Assembly (NCBI GenBank): GCA_044432975.1
Contig: JAWXUC010000002.1
Location: 24,573 to 88,572, forward strand
Reading direction: 5' to 3'
Origin: Alphaproteobacteria bacterium
Lineage (GTDB): Bacteria; Pseudomonadota; Alphaproteobacteria; RF32; CAG-239
DNA: 64,000 nucleotides
Below, piece by piece: positions 9,089 to 18,522 of this stretch; position 1 is the stretch's first letter; every line of letters begins with the position of its first letter. A program made the translations under genes and the position numbers. The notes under the pieces were generated by a model. It had not been told where the DNA came from. It saw nothing but the letters and a program-made list of their open reading frames with translations, and searched no databases.

Positions 9089-9925
9089 ATGAAAAAGTTA
9101 TTTAAAACATTATTTGCTTTTTTTAGCAACAAAAAAGAAGAGCAGTTTAAAGAAGAGCAGTTTAAAGAACTAATCAATTTAGCTGTAGCGATTGGAGAAA
9201 TAAAGCTTATTGAGGATTACTTAAACGTAAATAAGCTATCTACGCAAATGGAAAAAGTCTTGCTTTCTGCCATTATAAAACACAGTTTGATAATAAAAGT
9301 GTCTGAGCCTTTGTTAAAAACTTTTCAGCAATTCAAAGGATCTGAAGATGATAGCAAAAAATTAAATGAGCTTTATTTAGATAGAATAATAAAATTCTTT
9401 GATGATCGTTATTTTATGACTTATAAATTAAATTCTTTTACAAAAAACTTGTCAATCGTTTTTTCTTTGCCGTCTAGCTTTGATGAGTTAAAAAATACTT
9501 TAATTAAAGATTTGATGAAAAATAAACTTACAGTAGAGTACTTCATTAATGACGATTTTTCAAAGTTCAATGGTTTTTATTGTTTTACACCAATGATGGA
9601 GAGGTATTTAATAAAAAGCGTTAAAGAAGAAAAAATTTCTTATGGAGTTTTATATTTTTATTTAAGCCAGATTGAAAGAGAATTTTATGTTGTTAAAAAT
9701 ACCATTCAGGTAGGACGCCTTCCTTTTGAAAAGAGAGAAATATCTGGGTTTGAGAGCGAGATGATTATCTTACTTTTAGATTCAGGATATACGGATTTAT
9801 ATAAAATAGTCCTTTTCTTAAAAGAAAGATGTGCAATTTCACCACTACTTAAAGATAAATTGCAATCTTTTAAGGAAAATGCAGATGAAAAATTACAGGC
9901 ACTATATGGCTTGTCTATTCTCTAA
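9089..9925 (+). CDS. hypothetical protein; island cargo
   Basis: 278 aa with no recognisable motif. Contains an in-frame 15-bp tandem repeat (KEEQF x2). Followed by a terminator. Confidence 0.45.
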   Translation: MKKLFKTLFAFFSNKKEEQFKEEQFKELINLAVAIGEIKLIEDYLNVNKLSTQMEKVLLSAIIKHSLIIKVSEPLLKTFQQFKGSEDDSKKLNELYLDRIIKFFDDRYFMTYKLNSFTKNLSIVFSLPSSFDELKNTLIKDLMKNKLTVEYFINDDFSKFNGFYCFTPMMERYLIKSVKEEKISYGVLYFYLSQIEREFYVVKNTIQVGRLPFEKREISGFESEMIILLLDSGYTDLYKIVLFLKERCAISPLLKDKLQSFKENADEKLQALYGLSIL

Positions 9926-9929
9926 TTAA

Positions 9930-9968
9930 AAAAGAGTACCAGAATTAAATCTGATACTCTTTTTTTTG
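9930..9968 (+). terminator. rho-independent terminator
   Basis: agagta/tactct stem followed by a T9 tract. Confidence 0.55.
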
Positions 9969-10258
9969 ACTCAGATTAAATAAGTTTGCTTTTGGTTGTA
10001 GATTGCCTACATTAAAAATCCCAGCGTGCTTGTAGCTGATTTATGACTCAATAACGACTATCTTATAAAAAAATATTCCACGAAGGAGCGAGAGCGACGA
10101 CCCTGCAACTGAAATGTTGCCCCACGGGGCAGAAATCTCAAAAATCAAAAAGCGCCCTTGGGGCAGGGTTTTAAAATAAAAATACCTCAGAACATTGAAA
10201 ATGCAGGAAAACAATCTGAGATTTCTGTTTATATATATACGTTAAATATAATTAAAAG

Positions 10259-10957
10259 TCAATCTTCTTGCCAAGAGGTTGGACGAGTTGCGATAATGTT
10301 ATCACTATCATCTTTTATAACATCATCAAATTGAGATAACCTCAAGGCTTTCATATCAATTTTTCTAATTACTTTACTTGTAAACTCTTGTATAAAGTCA
10401 TAACAAATATTTGAATGAGGACATAAAATTAAAATCTTTTTATTAAGTTGAGTTACAATTTTAATTGGCTCTAGTAAATCTGAATCATTTGTGACAATCA
10501 CAGCCATATCAAAATTATTTTGGCAAGCATCAAAGACTAAATGTGATGCTAAATTAACATCAGAACCTTTTTCTTCTGTTTTGATAACATTTGCAAATGT
10601 AATAGGATTTGTAACGGGGTGCAAAGGCATTGAAACTTTGTGTTTATAAAACTTGCCTTTGTGAATTGATAAATTTTCAATAGAGCTTAAAGCTTTGAAA
10701 TATTCTTGCTGTCTTATTGGGCTTTTATCGCCTTCAAACAAAGCTTGAACTTCTGCTGTATAAAAATTAATTGCTTCAAGAGAAAAGTCGCCTTTTAGAT
10801 AATAAGAAATTAAGGCTTCAACATTTAGCCACCTTACAGCTTTTTTTGATTGTTTAATTTTTTGCTTTACATCTTCAGGTATTGATGATTTAATTTTACC
10901 AGATTTTAATGCTCCATAAAATAAATTATATCCATCAATATATGCTCTTATTCTCAT
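10259..10957 (-). CDS. NYN/LabA-like (PIN-fold) domain protein
   Basis: MRIRAYIDGYNLFY N-terminus and the AVIVTNDSDLLE acidic motif are typical of the NYN/LabA nuclease-like domain. Confidence 0.65.
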   Translation of the reverse strand: MRIRAYIDGYNLFYGALKSGKIKSSIPEDVKQKIKQSKKAVRWLNVEALISYYLKGDFSLEAINFYTAEVQALFEGDKSPIRQQEYFKALSSIENLSIHKGKFYKHKVSMPLHPVTNPITFANVIKTEEKGSDVNLASHLVFDACQNNFDMAVIVTNDSDLLEPIKIVTQLNKKILILCPHSNICYDFIQEFTSKVIRKIDMKALRLSQFDDVIKDDSDNIIATRPTSWQED

Positions 10958-11469
10958 TTTTAGACCTTAAAAAATATGGGGGCATATAGCCCCCTGTTAA
11001 TTCCTTGAAACTAACCGATTACAATACTTAATATAATATAAATTTATAAAATTGTCAATATATATTAAAGTCGTTGTTAAAAATTTAGTCCGAAGATTGC
11101 AAGGCGGAGCCAGCCAAACAGTTAAAAATGATGATTTTTCCTTATTTTCCTAGGCGTTGAGCTGGTTCGAAAATGACTTTTGAAAAATCATCATTTTTTT
11201 TATATTTACGAACCGAGTTGCCGCTCGATGTAATTGAGCGAGCCAGCAGTAGGTCGGCGACAAGAAGATTTCCCGAAGGGATCTTCCGCCAGCCAATTTC
11301 AAAAAATATATTTTTTTTCATCAAGTTACGCACATTTTGCATTTTTATAGCTCTATTTTTAATATGATTATAAAAAATTTTGTAAAATAAAAGTGCCCTT
11401 AGGGCACTTATGTTAGTTTAATATGCCATATTTTCTTGCTCCTATTAAAATTTTTTAACAATTGAAATT

Positions 11470-11523
11470 ATGACACATATTTCAAATTTTAATAGATGAC
11501 ACAAAGTGACACAAACTGACACC
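11470..11523. promoter_or_regulatory. cluster of four TGACACA direct repeats; iteron-like or recombinase/accessory binding sites
   Basis: TGACACA at 11470, 11497, 11507 and 11517, the last three with exact 10-bp phasing. A fifth copy lies near 11616. Located 3' of the serine recombinase gene. Confidence 0.4.
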
Positions 11524-11732
11524 CCTATATAAAAAACAACTTCGCCCCAAGGGCAAAATTACATTAAGGGAAGATCAAATTTGTGTTGGGATTTAGCAAA
11601 ATACTAGTCTTTTGATGACACATTAATAAGTGGAAGTTAAAACCTGTACGCAGCCAGTTAAGAAAATGAACTAACGAATAACCTTCTTACTCCAGAAAGA
11701 TATTGACCTAAAAAATCAATATCTTTTTTTTA

Positions 11733-12335
11733 TTAATACCAATCAACACGAGCTAAATATCTTCTTAATGTTATTGTTTGAACGTCAAGGATTTTGGCGA
11801 TTTTGCGTTGAGATAGTCCTTTATCTAATAAATTCTTTATTTTTCTTGAGTTCTTAGCAAGTTTTAATTTTTTTGATTGTGCAGATAAGGGACGGCCTAG
11901 TTTTTTGCCGTTTGCTCTAACGCTATCTAATGAGGCCTTTGTGCGTTGAGAGATTAGGTTTCTTTCTATTTCTGCTGACAAACCAAATGCAAATGCCATC
12001 ACCTTGGATTGTATATCATTGCCTAAAGAATAATTTTCTTTGATTGTGATAATTTTGCAACCTTTAGACAAGCAATTTTCTAGTATTTTCATAACTTCTA
12101 GCAAAGAACGACCTAGCCTTGATATTTCTGTTGAGATTAACATATCGCCTTCTTGCAATTCTTCTAACAAAGTGCCTAGTTTTCTTTTATTTAATGATTT
12201 TCTTGAAGATATAGTTTCTTCAACCCAGCGATTTATTGTAATATTATTGGCTTTTGCATATTTTTTAATCTCAAATTTTTGATGTTCTGTTGTTTGTTTA
12301 TTGGAACTAACTCTAATATATCCCACAATTTGCAT
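11733..12335 (-). CDS. small serine recombinase (resolvase/invertase family; Hin/Gin/TnpR-like)
   Basis: 200 aa. MQIVGYIRVSSNKQ catalytic-serine N-terminus, the LISTEISRLGRS motif, and a C-terminal HTH (LSQRKIAKILDVQTITLRRY). Confidence 0.8.
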   Translation of the reverse strand: MQIVGYIRVSSNKQTTEHQKFEIKKYAKANNITINRWVEETISSRKSLNKRKLGTLLEELQEGDMLISTEISRLGRSLLEVMKILENCLSKGCKIITIKENYSLGNDIQSKVMAFAFGLSAEIERNLISQRTKASLDSVRANGKKLGRPLSAQSKKLKLAKNSRKIKNLLDKGLSQRKIAKILDVQTITLRRYLARVDWY

Positions 12336-12534
12336 ATAATTTTATCCTTTATAGTTGTTGATTTTGCTTTATTTTAACCTCAAAAAGTGAGGCAATTTAA
12401 TAGAACAATTATGTCAACCCATTTTTTAGTTGTTATAATTTATTTTTCTGGGAAGAACAAACCATTAGCAAATCAAAGGCTTTTAAGCATTTCAAGGTTT
12501 TTATTTAACTCTTCTTTTAATACAAATTTATAGA

Positions 12535-12564
12535 TGATACACAATTGTTGGTTTGTGTATCATA
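12535..12564. promoter_or_regulatory. perfect 11-bp inverted repeat with an 8-bp spacer between the recombinase and autotransporter genes
   Basis: atgatacacaa-ttgttggt-ttgtgtatcat. The half-site tagatgaYacacaa also occurs at 11493, on the other side of the recombinase gene. Confidence 0.35.
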
Positions 12565-12622
12565 TCGCCATAAGCCTTTTAGACTTATATTAACGTTAAT
12601 AATAATATAAAGGAAACAACTT

Positions 12623-15217
12623 ATGAAACTTTCAAAAACAGGAATTGTTGCTTTATCAAAGCAATATCGCTCTGTACTAAAAAAATGTTTTTTAATCAAC
12701 GCAGGTATTTTTATGTTTGCGGCACCAGCTATGGCTGCAGATACACAATTTATAGATACAAATGAAACTATAGAGCAATTAACTGGCACTTATGAAAAAT
12801 ACACAACTCCACAAGCATTTTATGGACAAGGCGGTGCTATTAGCAACTCAGGAACAATTAATAATGTAGAAGCAACTTTTTCAAACAATAGTGCAGTTTC
12901 TTCTACTAATATAGGCATGGGTGGTGCTATTTTTAATAATAACAAAATTGAAGAAATAAATTTAAGTACTTTTTCTAATAATGATTCAATTCTTGCTGGT
13001 GGTGCAATAACAAATACAGCAAACGGCAACATTGATAAAATTTCAAATTCAAAATTTAATAAGAATAAATCAATAACTGGTGGTGCAATTTATAATGCAG
13101 GAACAATCTCATTAATAGAAAAAGTAACATTATCTAGCAATGCTGCAATAAATGAAGGTGGTGCAATTTACTCAACAAATGGTCTTGATGTTGCTGACTC
13201 AAATTTTTCAACAAACTCTGCAAATTATGGTGGGTCGATTTCTGTTTATGGTGATAGTGCAAATATCTCTGGTTCAACTTTTAACGGAAACTTTACAAAC
13301 ACAACAAGTAATGAAGAATACTCTGAAGGAGGCGCGATTTATTCTGAAGCAGATGAATTAACTATTACTGACTCAACTTTTGAGAATAATAAAGCACTAA
13401 CTAATGATGGTTGGGGTGGTGCAATAAGCTCTTATAACAATACTGCAATCTCAAATTCAACATTTATAAACAACTCTGCAAATAATGCTGGAGCATTATC
13501 TTTGGCTGATAATGCTAGCATAAAAGGTTCAAAATTTACTGGCAACTCTGCAACCAATCAAGGAGGAGCAATTTTTTCATATGGCGCAACATTATCAATA
13601 AGCGACACTTTATTTGAATCAAATACAAGTAAAAAAATTGGTGGAGCTATTATGAATGATGGTAATTTAACATTAACAGATGTTACTTTTGATGGCAACT
13701 CTGCAAAATATGGTGGCGCTATTTATAATGAAGATGAAAGTTCTTTAACATTAAAAGGGACAACAACACTTGCAACTGCTACAGACACGATATACAATGC
13801 TTCTGATGCAAAAATTAATGTTTCTTCTGGTGCAAATCTTATAAATAACTCGATCATATCAAATAATGGAACATTTACATTTGAAAATGGTTCTTCTTAT
13901 GAATTTGCTTATGATTCTGGTTATGTTGATGGTACAATGACATTGAATGGAAATGTTAATCTAAGCACAATTATTGCAAACGGAACAGCTGATGGATCTT
14001 ATAAATTTGCAGAAGATATTAATGGTGATGGGACTTGGACTTTAGCAAAAAATAATCTTTATAACTTAAGCTTAAACAACACTTCAAATGAAGTTTCTAT
14101 AAAACTTAAATCATCTGATGATATTGCTACTTCTACTGGTGCAACAAACAATGCTGCAAGTGCTGTTTCTGCTGTTATTTCTGGTAGCGCAACAACTTCT
14201 AATGATGCTTTTAATGCTGTAGCAACATCAATCAATAATGGTTTACAATCTTCTGACGCAAGCGTTAGAGCTGCAGCTTTGAAAACAGTTGAACAAATGT
14301 CTTCAGACACAACATCTTCAGCTCAAAGTTCAACAGTAGCTAGTGCTAGTGCAACATTTGGTACAGTAGGAACACGTCTTTCTGGTGGTTCTGTAGCTTC
14401 TTCAACTTCTGGTATGAATTCTGGTGATTCTTATTTAGAAGGTGGTGCTGTTTGGGCTCAAACAATGATTAATACTGCATCATTAAGTGGTTCTAACGGT
14501 TTTGACTCAGATTCAAACGGTGTTGCATTTGGTGCTGAAAAACAAATTAATGATAATGTTAAAGCTGGTATTGGTTATGCTTATAGCAATACAGATATTG
14601 ACACATCTTCTCGTACTACAGACGCTGATACAAATACATTCTTTGTTTATGGTGAATACAAACCATCAAACTGGTATGTAAACGGTATTGCAAGTTATAG
14701 CTTTGCTTCTTATGATGAAAGCTCAAACACAAAAACATCTTCTTATGATGTAGATTCTTTTGGTTTGCAAGCTATGACTGGTTATGATATGACTGTTAAA
14801 AATGTAGATGTTACTCCAGAAGCAGGATTACGTTATGTTAAAGTTTCTCAAGATTCATATACAGATACTTTAGATTCTAAAATCTCTGGTGATGATTCTG
14901 ATATCTTAACTGCTGTTGTTGGTGCAAAAGCAGGTAAAACATTTGCTCTTGAAAATGGTTCAACATTACGTCCAGAAGTTAAAGCTGCTTTAACTTATGA
15001 CTTGTTTAATGATGATGCAAATTCTATTGTAACATTAGTAAACGGTTCTAGTTATACTACAAACGGTGAAGCTTTAGATAAATTCGGAATGGAATTTGGT
15101 GTTGGCTTTACAGCTGATGTTAATGAACAAGTTGAATTATCTTTAGGTTATGAAGGAAAATTCCGTTCAGACTACGAAGATCACACAGGAACATTAAATG
15201 TTAAATATAAATTTTAA
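12623..15217 (+). CDS. autotransporter outer-membrane protein with a Pmp-type (GGAI / FxxN) repeat passenger domain
   Basis: 864 aa. Extended signal peptide ending in AMA. At least 12 GGA[IL] plus FxxN repeats, as in Chlamydia polymorphic membrane proteins. Ser/Thr-rich linker. C-terminal beta-barrel domain ending …LNVKYKF with a terminal aromatic residue. Confidence 0.7.
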   Translation: MKLSKTGIVALSKQYRSVLKKCFLINAGIFMFAAPAMAADTQFIDTNETIEQLTGTYEKYTTPQAFYGQGGAISNSGTINNVEATFSNNSAVSSTNIGMGGAIFNNNKIEEINLSTFSNNDSILAGGAITNTANGNIDKISNSKFNKNKSITGGAIYNAGTISLIEKVTLSSNAAINEGGAIYSTNGLDVADSNFSTNSANYGGSISVYGDSANISGSTFNGNFTNTTSNEEYSEGGAIYSEADELTITDSTFENNKALTNDGWGGAISSYNNTAISNSTFINNSANNAGALSLADNASIKGSKFTGNSATNQGGAIFSYGATLSISDTLFESNTSKKIGGAIMNDGNLTLTDVTFDGNSAKYGGAIYNEDESSLTLKGTTTLATATDTIYNASDAKINVSSGANLINNSIISNNGTFTFENGSSYEFAYDSGYVDGTMTLNGNVNLSTIIANGTADGSYKFAEDINGDGTWTLAKNNLYNLSLNNTSNEVSIKLKSSDDIATSTGATNNAASAVSAVISGSATTSNDAFNAVATSINNGLQSSDASVRAAALKTVEQMSSDTTSSAQSSTVASASATFGTVGTRLSGGSVASSTSGMNSGDSYLEGGAVWAQTMINTASLSGSNGFDSDSNGVAFGAEKQINDNVKAGIGYAYSNTDIDTSSRTTDADTNTFFVYGEYKPSNWYVNGIASYSFASYDESSNTKTSSYDVDSFGLQAMTGYDMTVKNVDVTPEAGLRYVKVSQDSYTDTLDSKISGDDSDILTAVVGAKAGKTFALENGSTLRPEVKAALTYDLFNDDANSIVTLVNGSSYTTNGEALDKFGMEFGVGFTADVNEQVELSLGYEGKFRSDYEDHTGTLNVKYKF

Positions 15218-15239
15218 TATTTAATAAAAACAAAAAAAA

Positions 15240-15276
15240 CAACCGCTAAAATTAATTATTTAGCGGTTGTTTTTTT
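15240..15276 (+). terminator. rho-independent terminator after the autotransporter gene
   Basis: aaccgctaaa/tttagcggtt stem followed by a T8 tract. Confidence 0.65.
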
Positions 15277-15287
15277 GCACAAAAAAT

Positions 15288-15310
15288 GTAGGGGAGAACT
15301 GCGTTCTCCC
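15288..15310. repeat. REP-like hairpin (GTAGGGGA head)
   Basis: gtaggggagaactgcgttctccc, a perfect 8-bp stem. Confidence 0.55.
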
Positions 15311-15470
15311 GACAACAAATATCCTTTTTTCATTGCCTTGCAGCCAATGATGGCAATAAATAATCAGTGCAAACACGAACCTCGCGTTACATTACTTAAA
15401 ATTTAATGGTTTACATTTTTATATTATAGATTTAAGCTAATTTAACTAAAACATTAAAAGGACTACTAAA

Positions 15471-15917
15471 ATGAAAAAAGAAGCTTCTCTATCTATTGTT
15501 TATGACCAAGAAAATAAAAAATATTTAATGATAAAACACCATAGAGGTATAAATAACGGATACTTAAACTTCCCTGGTGGCAAAAAAGAAGCAGATGAAA
15601 CAATGCTTCAATGTGTTATTAGAGAAACGTTAGAAGAAACAGGAATTTTAATAAATAACCCCAAAGAAGTTGGCTATATTGAGTTTCCAACAATGAACTT
15701 TTATGTGTATGTATATATGTCTACAGAATTTTCAGGTGAGTTAATTGTTAATCAAGAAGAAGTAGAAACTTTTTGGCAAGATGAAAACAATATCCCTTAT
15801 GATAAAATGAGAGAAGCAGACAAAGATTTTATACCATTAATCTTATCTGGAAAATATGTAAAAAAAGCTTATTTCTACAACAAAGACTTTAATATAGAAA
15901 AAATTGTAAACCTATAA
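15471..15917 (+). CDS. Nudix hydrolase (MutT-like)
   Basis: Nudix box GGKKEADETMLQCVIRETLEETGI (Gx5Ex7REUxEExGU). Confidence 0.75.
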   Translation: MKKEASLSIVYDQENKKYLMIKHHRGINNGYLNFPGGKKEADETMLQCVIRETLEETGILINNPKEVGYIEFPTMNFYVYVYMSTEFSGELIVNQEEVETFWQDENNIPYDKMREADKDFIPLILSGKYVKKAYFYNKDFNIEKIVNL

Positions 15918-16021
15918 GATTAAATATAAATTTTAACGGTGCATATCTTAAAACAATATTGACTCTACATAAATTAGTATTATCAAACACAATATTAAAA
16001 TAATTTATATAGAGAACGGCA

Positions 16022-17722
16022 ATGTTAAAATTTTTAGAACAATACAAAAAAAACTTCACACCAAAAATAATAGAAATATTATCAAAAGGATATTCTTTAA
16101 GCTTATTTAAACAAGATTGCTTGTCTGGAATAACAGTTGCTGTCGTATCTATTCCATTAGCCATGGCTTTAGCAATAGCTTCTGGTGTTTCTCCTGCGCA
16201 AGGTTTATATACTGCAATTATTGCGGGTTTATTTATTTCTTTATTTGGCGGAAGCAGATATCAAATAGGCGGACCAACAGGAGCTTTTGTTGTTGTTATC
16301 TTTGATATCATAGCAACTTATGGTTATTCTGGATTATTAATCGCAATGATAATTGCAGGCGTTATTTTAATTTTAGCAGGTTTCTTAAAACTAGGCACCT
16401 ATATAAAATATATTCCATATCCTGTTGTAACCGCTTTTACAGCAGGTATTGGCTTGTTATTAATATCAACCCAAGTAAAAGACTTATTAGGACTAAACAT
16501 TACAGAAGTACCAAGTGATTTTGTAGAAAAATGGATGATATATTTTTCAAATTTAAACAATCTAAATATATCTGCGGTTATTGTCAGTATTGTTTCTGTT
16601 TCTAGCATATTTTATATAAAAGCAAAACACCAAAAACTTCCTGCTTTTTTATTAAGTGTAATTATCTCAACAATAATTGTTGCCTTTATAGGGTTAGATG
16701 TAGACACAATAGGTAACAAATTTGGTGAAATACCTCACTTTTTACCAGCGCCAAAATTTCCAGAAATAGAGATGTCATTAGCGTTAAAAGTTTTACCAAG
16801 TGCATTAACAATTGCTTTTTTAACAGGAGTTGAATCTTTATTAAGTGCAACAGTTGTTGATGGCATGAGTGGTGATAACCATAACTCTAACGCAGAATTA
16901 ATAGGCGAAGGGGCTGCAAACTTAATCTGTGCTTGTTTTATGGGAATTCCTGCAACAGGTGCTATTGCAAGAACTGCAACCAATTTCAGAGCCAATGCAT
17001 ATTCTCCTGTATCTGGTGTAATGCAATCTGCCTTTTTAATATTATTTATGCTTTTATTAGCTCCAGCAGCTAAATACATTCCTTTATCTTGCTTAGCCGT
17101 AATTTTAATATTAATCGGCTGGAATATGCTCGGAATAAAAAAAATATTAAATTTAATCAGAGGTCCAAAAGGCGACAGATATACATTAATAGTTACTTTA
17201 TTTTTAACTGTGCTTGTTGACTTAAATGCAGCAATCTCTGTAGGTTTTATTATGGCAAGTGTAATCTTTATGCATAGAATGAGTAAAGAAATAGAAATTG
17301 AAACAGATGAAGAAGTATTAGATGAAAATTATAATGGAAGTGATTTAACAGAAGTTTTAAGAGATCAAGGCGTTGTTTCTTTGCGATTTTCAGGACCATT
17401 ATTTTTTGGCGACGCATCAGAAATCTCTCAGTTTTTAAAAAAAATCAACAAAGCTCCTAAAGTTTTAATTATTAGAATGGGATATGTTCCAATGGTAGAT
17501 GCCAGCGGTGCTAATATTATTGTTGAGTTTGTAAAGAAAATTCAAAAAGATAACGGCAAAATAATTCTTTCAAATGTAAAAAAACAACCTAAAAGGGTTT
17601 TGCATGAAGCCTTCAAAAAAGAAGGAATAGATTATCACACAATTTCTGCAGCATCTACTTTTGAAAATGCATTGAAAATGACAAAAAAATACTTAAAACA
17701 ACAAAAAGATAATCAAATCTAA
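16022..17722 (+). CDS. SulP-family anion transporter with C-terminal STAS domain
   Basis: 566 aa, about 11 TM segments, the SulP signature region (…GGPTGAFVVV…), and a C-terminal STAS-like domain. Confidence 0.8.
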   Translation: MLKFLEQYKKNFTPKIIEILSKGYSLSLFKQDCLSGITVAVVSIPLAMALAIASGVSPAQGLYTAIIAGLFISLFGGSRYQIGGPTGAFVVVIFDIIATYGYSGLLIAMIIAGVILILAGFLKLGTYIKYIPYPVVTAFTAGIGLLLISTQVKDLLGLNITEVPSDFVEKWMIYFSNLNNLNISAVIVSIVSVSSIFYIKAKHQKLPAFLLSVIISTIIVAFIGLDVDTIGNKFGEIPHFLPAPKFPEIEMSLALKVLPSALTIAFLTGVESLLSATVVDGMSGDNHNSNAELIGEGAANLICACFMGIPATGAIARTATNFRANAYSPVSGVMQSAFLILFMLLLAPAAKYIPLSCLAVILILIGWNMLGIKKILNLIRGPKGDRYTLIVTLFLTVLVDLNAAISVGFIMASVIFMHRMSKEIEIETDEEVLDENYNGSDLTEVLRDQGVVSLRFSGPLFFGDASEISQFLKKINKAPKVLIIRMGYVPMVDASGANIIVEFVKKIQKDNGKIILSNVKKQPKRVLHEAFKKEGIDYHTISAASTFENALKMTKKYLKQQKDNQI

Positions 17723-17807
17723 TAAAAGTCTATTTTTGTCAAAAAACATTTACTTTATTTTAAATTTATGATATTATAAAACGTATTATAACTATAAAGA
17801 AAAGCAA

Positions 17808-18521
17808 ATGAAGAAAAATTTTTATATCATAAGACATGCGGAAGGTCTTCATCAAACAGATAGCACTTCATGGGATAAATATGGAGATAAAGAAATCCCA
17901 TTAACTCATAAAGGAATAAAACAGTCTCAAGAAACTGGTGCCTTTTTAAAACAAGAGCTAGACCCTAAAAAAACTGTAATAATATCAAGTGATTTTGAAC
18001 GCGCAGAACAAACAGCAGAGGAAATCGCTAATGTAAGTGGTATCTCAAATTCACAAAAATCTACACTTTTAAGAGAACAAAATTTTGGATTATTTACAGG
18101 AGTTTCCACTCTTCAATGTTATGTAAAATATCCACTAGAAGCTAAAAGATTTGATGTAGACTCAAGAAAATATGGAAGATATCACGTTAAATCTCCTCAA
18201 GGAGAGAGTAGGGCTGACGTTGTCGAAAGAGTCGAAGATTTCTTTGAAAAAATTAATGATAATGTAATAGAAAATGATAATGTTGAAAATGTTGTTATCG
18301 TTTCTCATGGCGTTGTTAGTAAAGCAATTGCAAAAATATTATTAAAAGAAGATGAAAACTGGTTTAATCAGCAAGGTGATATTGAAAATGCTTCTGTCAG
18401 ATCTTTTTCTTACCAAGATGGAAAATATGTTGATAATGGATACATTTTTACACCAGTACAAAAAAGTGCAAATACAAAAATAATTAGTAAAATTCAAGAT
18501 TATTCTTTAAGGAGAGCCTAA
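17808..18521 (+). CDS. histidine phosphatase superfamily protein (phosphoglycerate-mutase-like branch)
   Basis: N-terminal IIRHAEG (the RHG catalytic motif) and a second histidine in VSHGVV. Its stop lies 1 nt before the next gene's start. Confidence 0.7.
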   Translation: MKKNFYIIRHAEGLHQTDSTSWDKYGDKEIPLTHKGIKQSQETGAFLKQELDPKKTVIISSDFERAEQTAEEIANVSGISNSQKSTLLREQNFGLFTGVSTLQCYVKYPLEAKRFDVDSRKYGRYHVKSPQGESRADVVERVEDFFEKINDNVIENDNVENVVIVSHGVVSKAIAKILLKEDENWFNQQGDIENASVRSFSYQDGKYVDNGYIFTPVQKSANTKIISKIQDYSLRRA

Positions 18522-18522
18522 A

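Noticed and set aside
10080-10180. GC-rich stretch with gccccacggggc and gcccttggggcaggg palindromes, considered as a possible sRNA or riboswitch.
   Set aside because: It is short and lacks recognisable conserved motifs. It is more simply a terminator-like hairpin 3' of the NYN gene. It is mentioned here and not annotated.
11733-12335. Treating the 200-aa serine recombinase as the island's integrase with certainty.
   Set aside because: Small serine recombinases are usually resolvases or invertases, not tRNA-site integrases. No flanking tRNA-derived direct repeats of convincing length were found. The alternatives are kept open in the finding.
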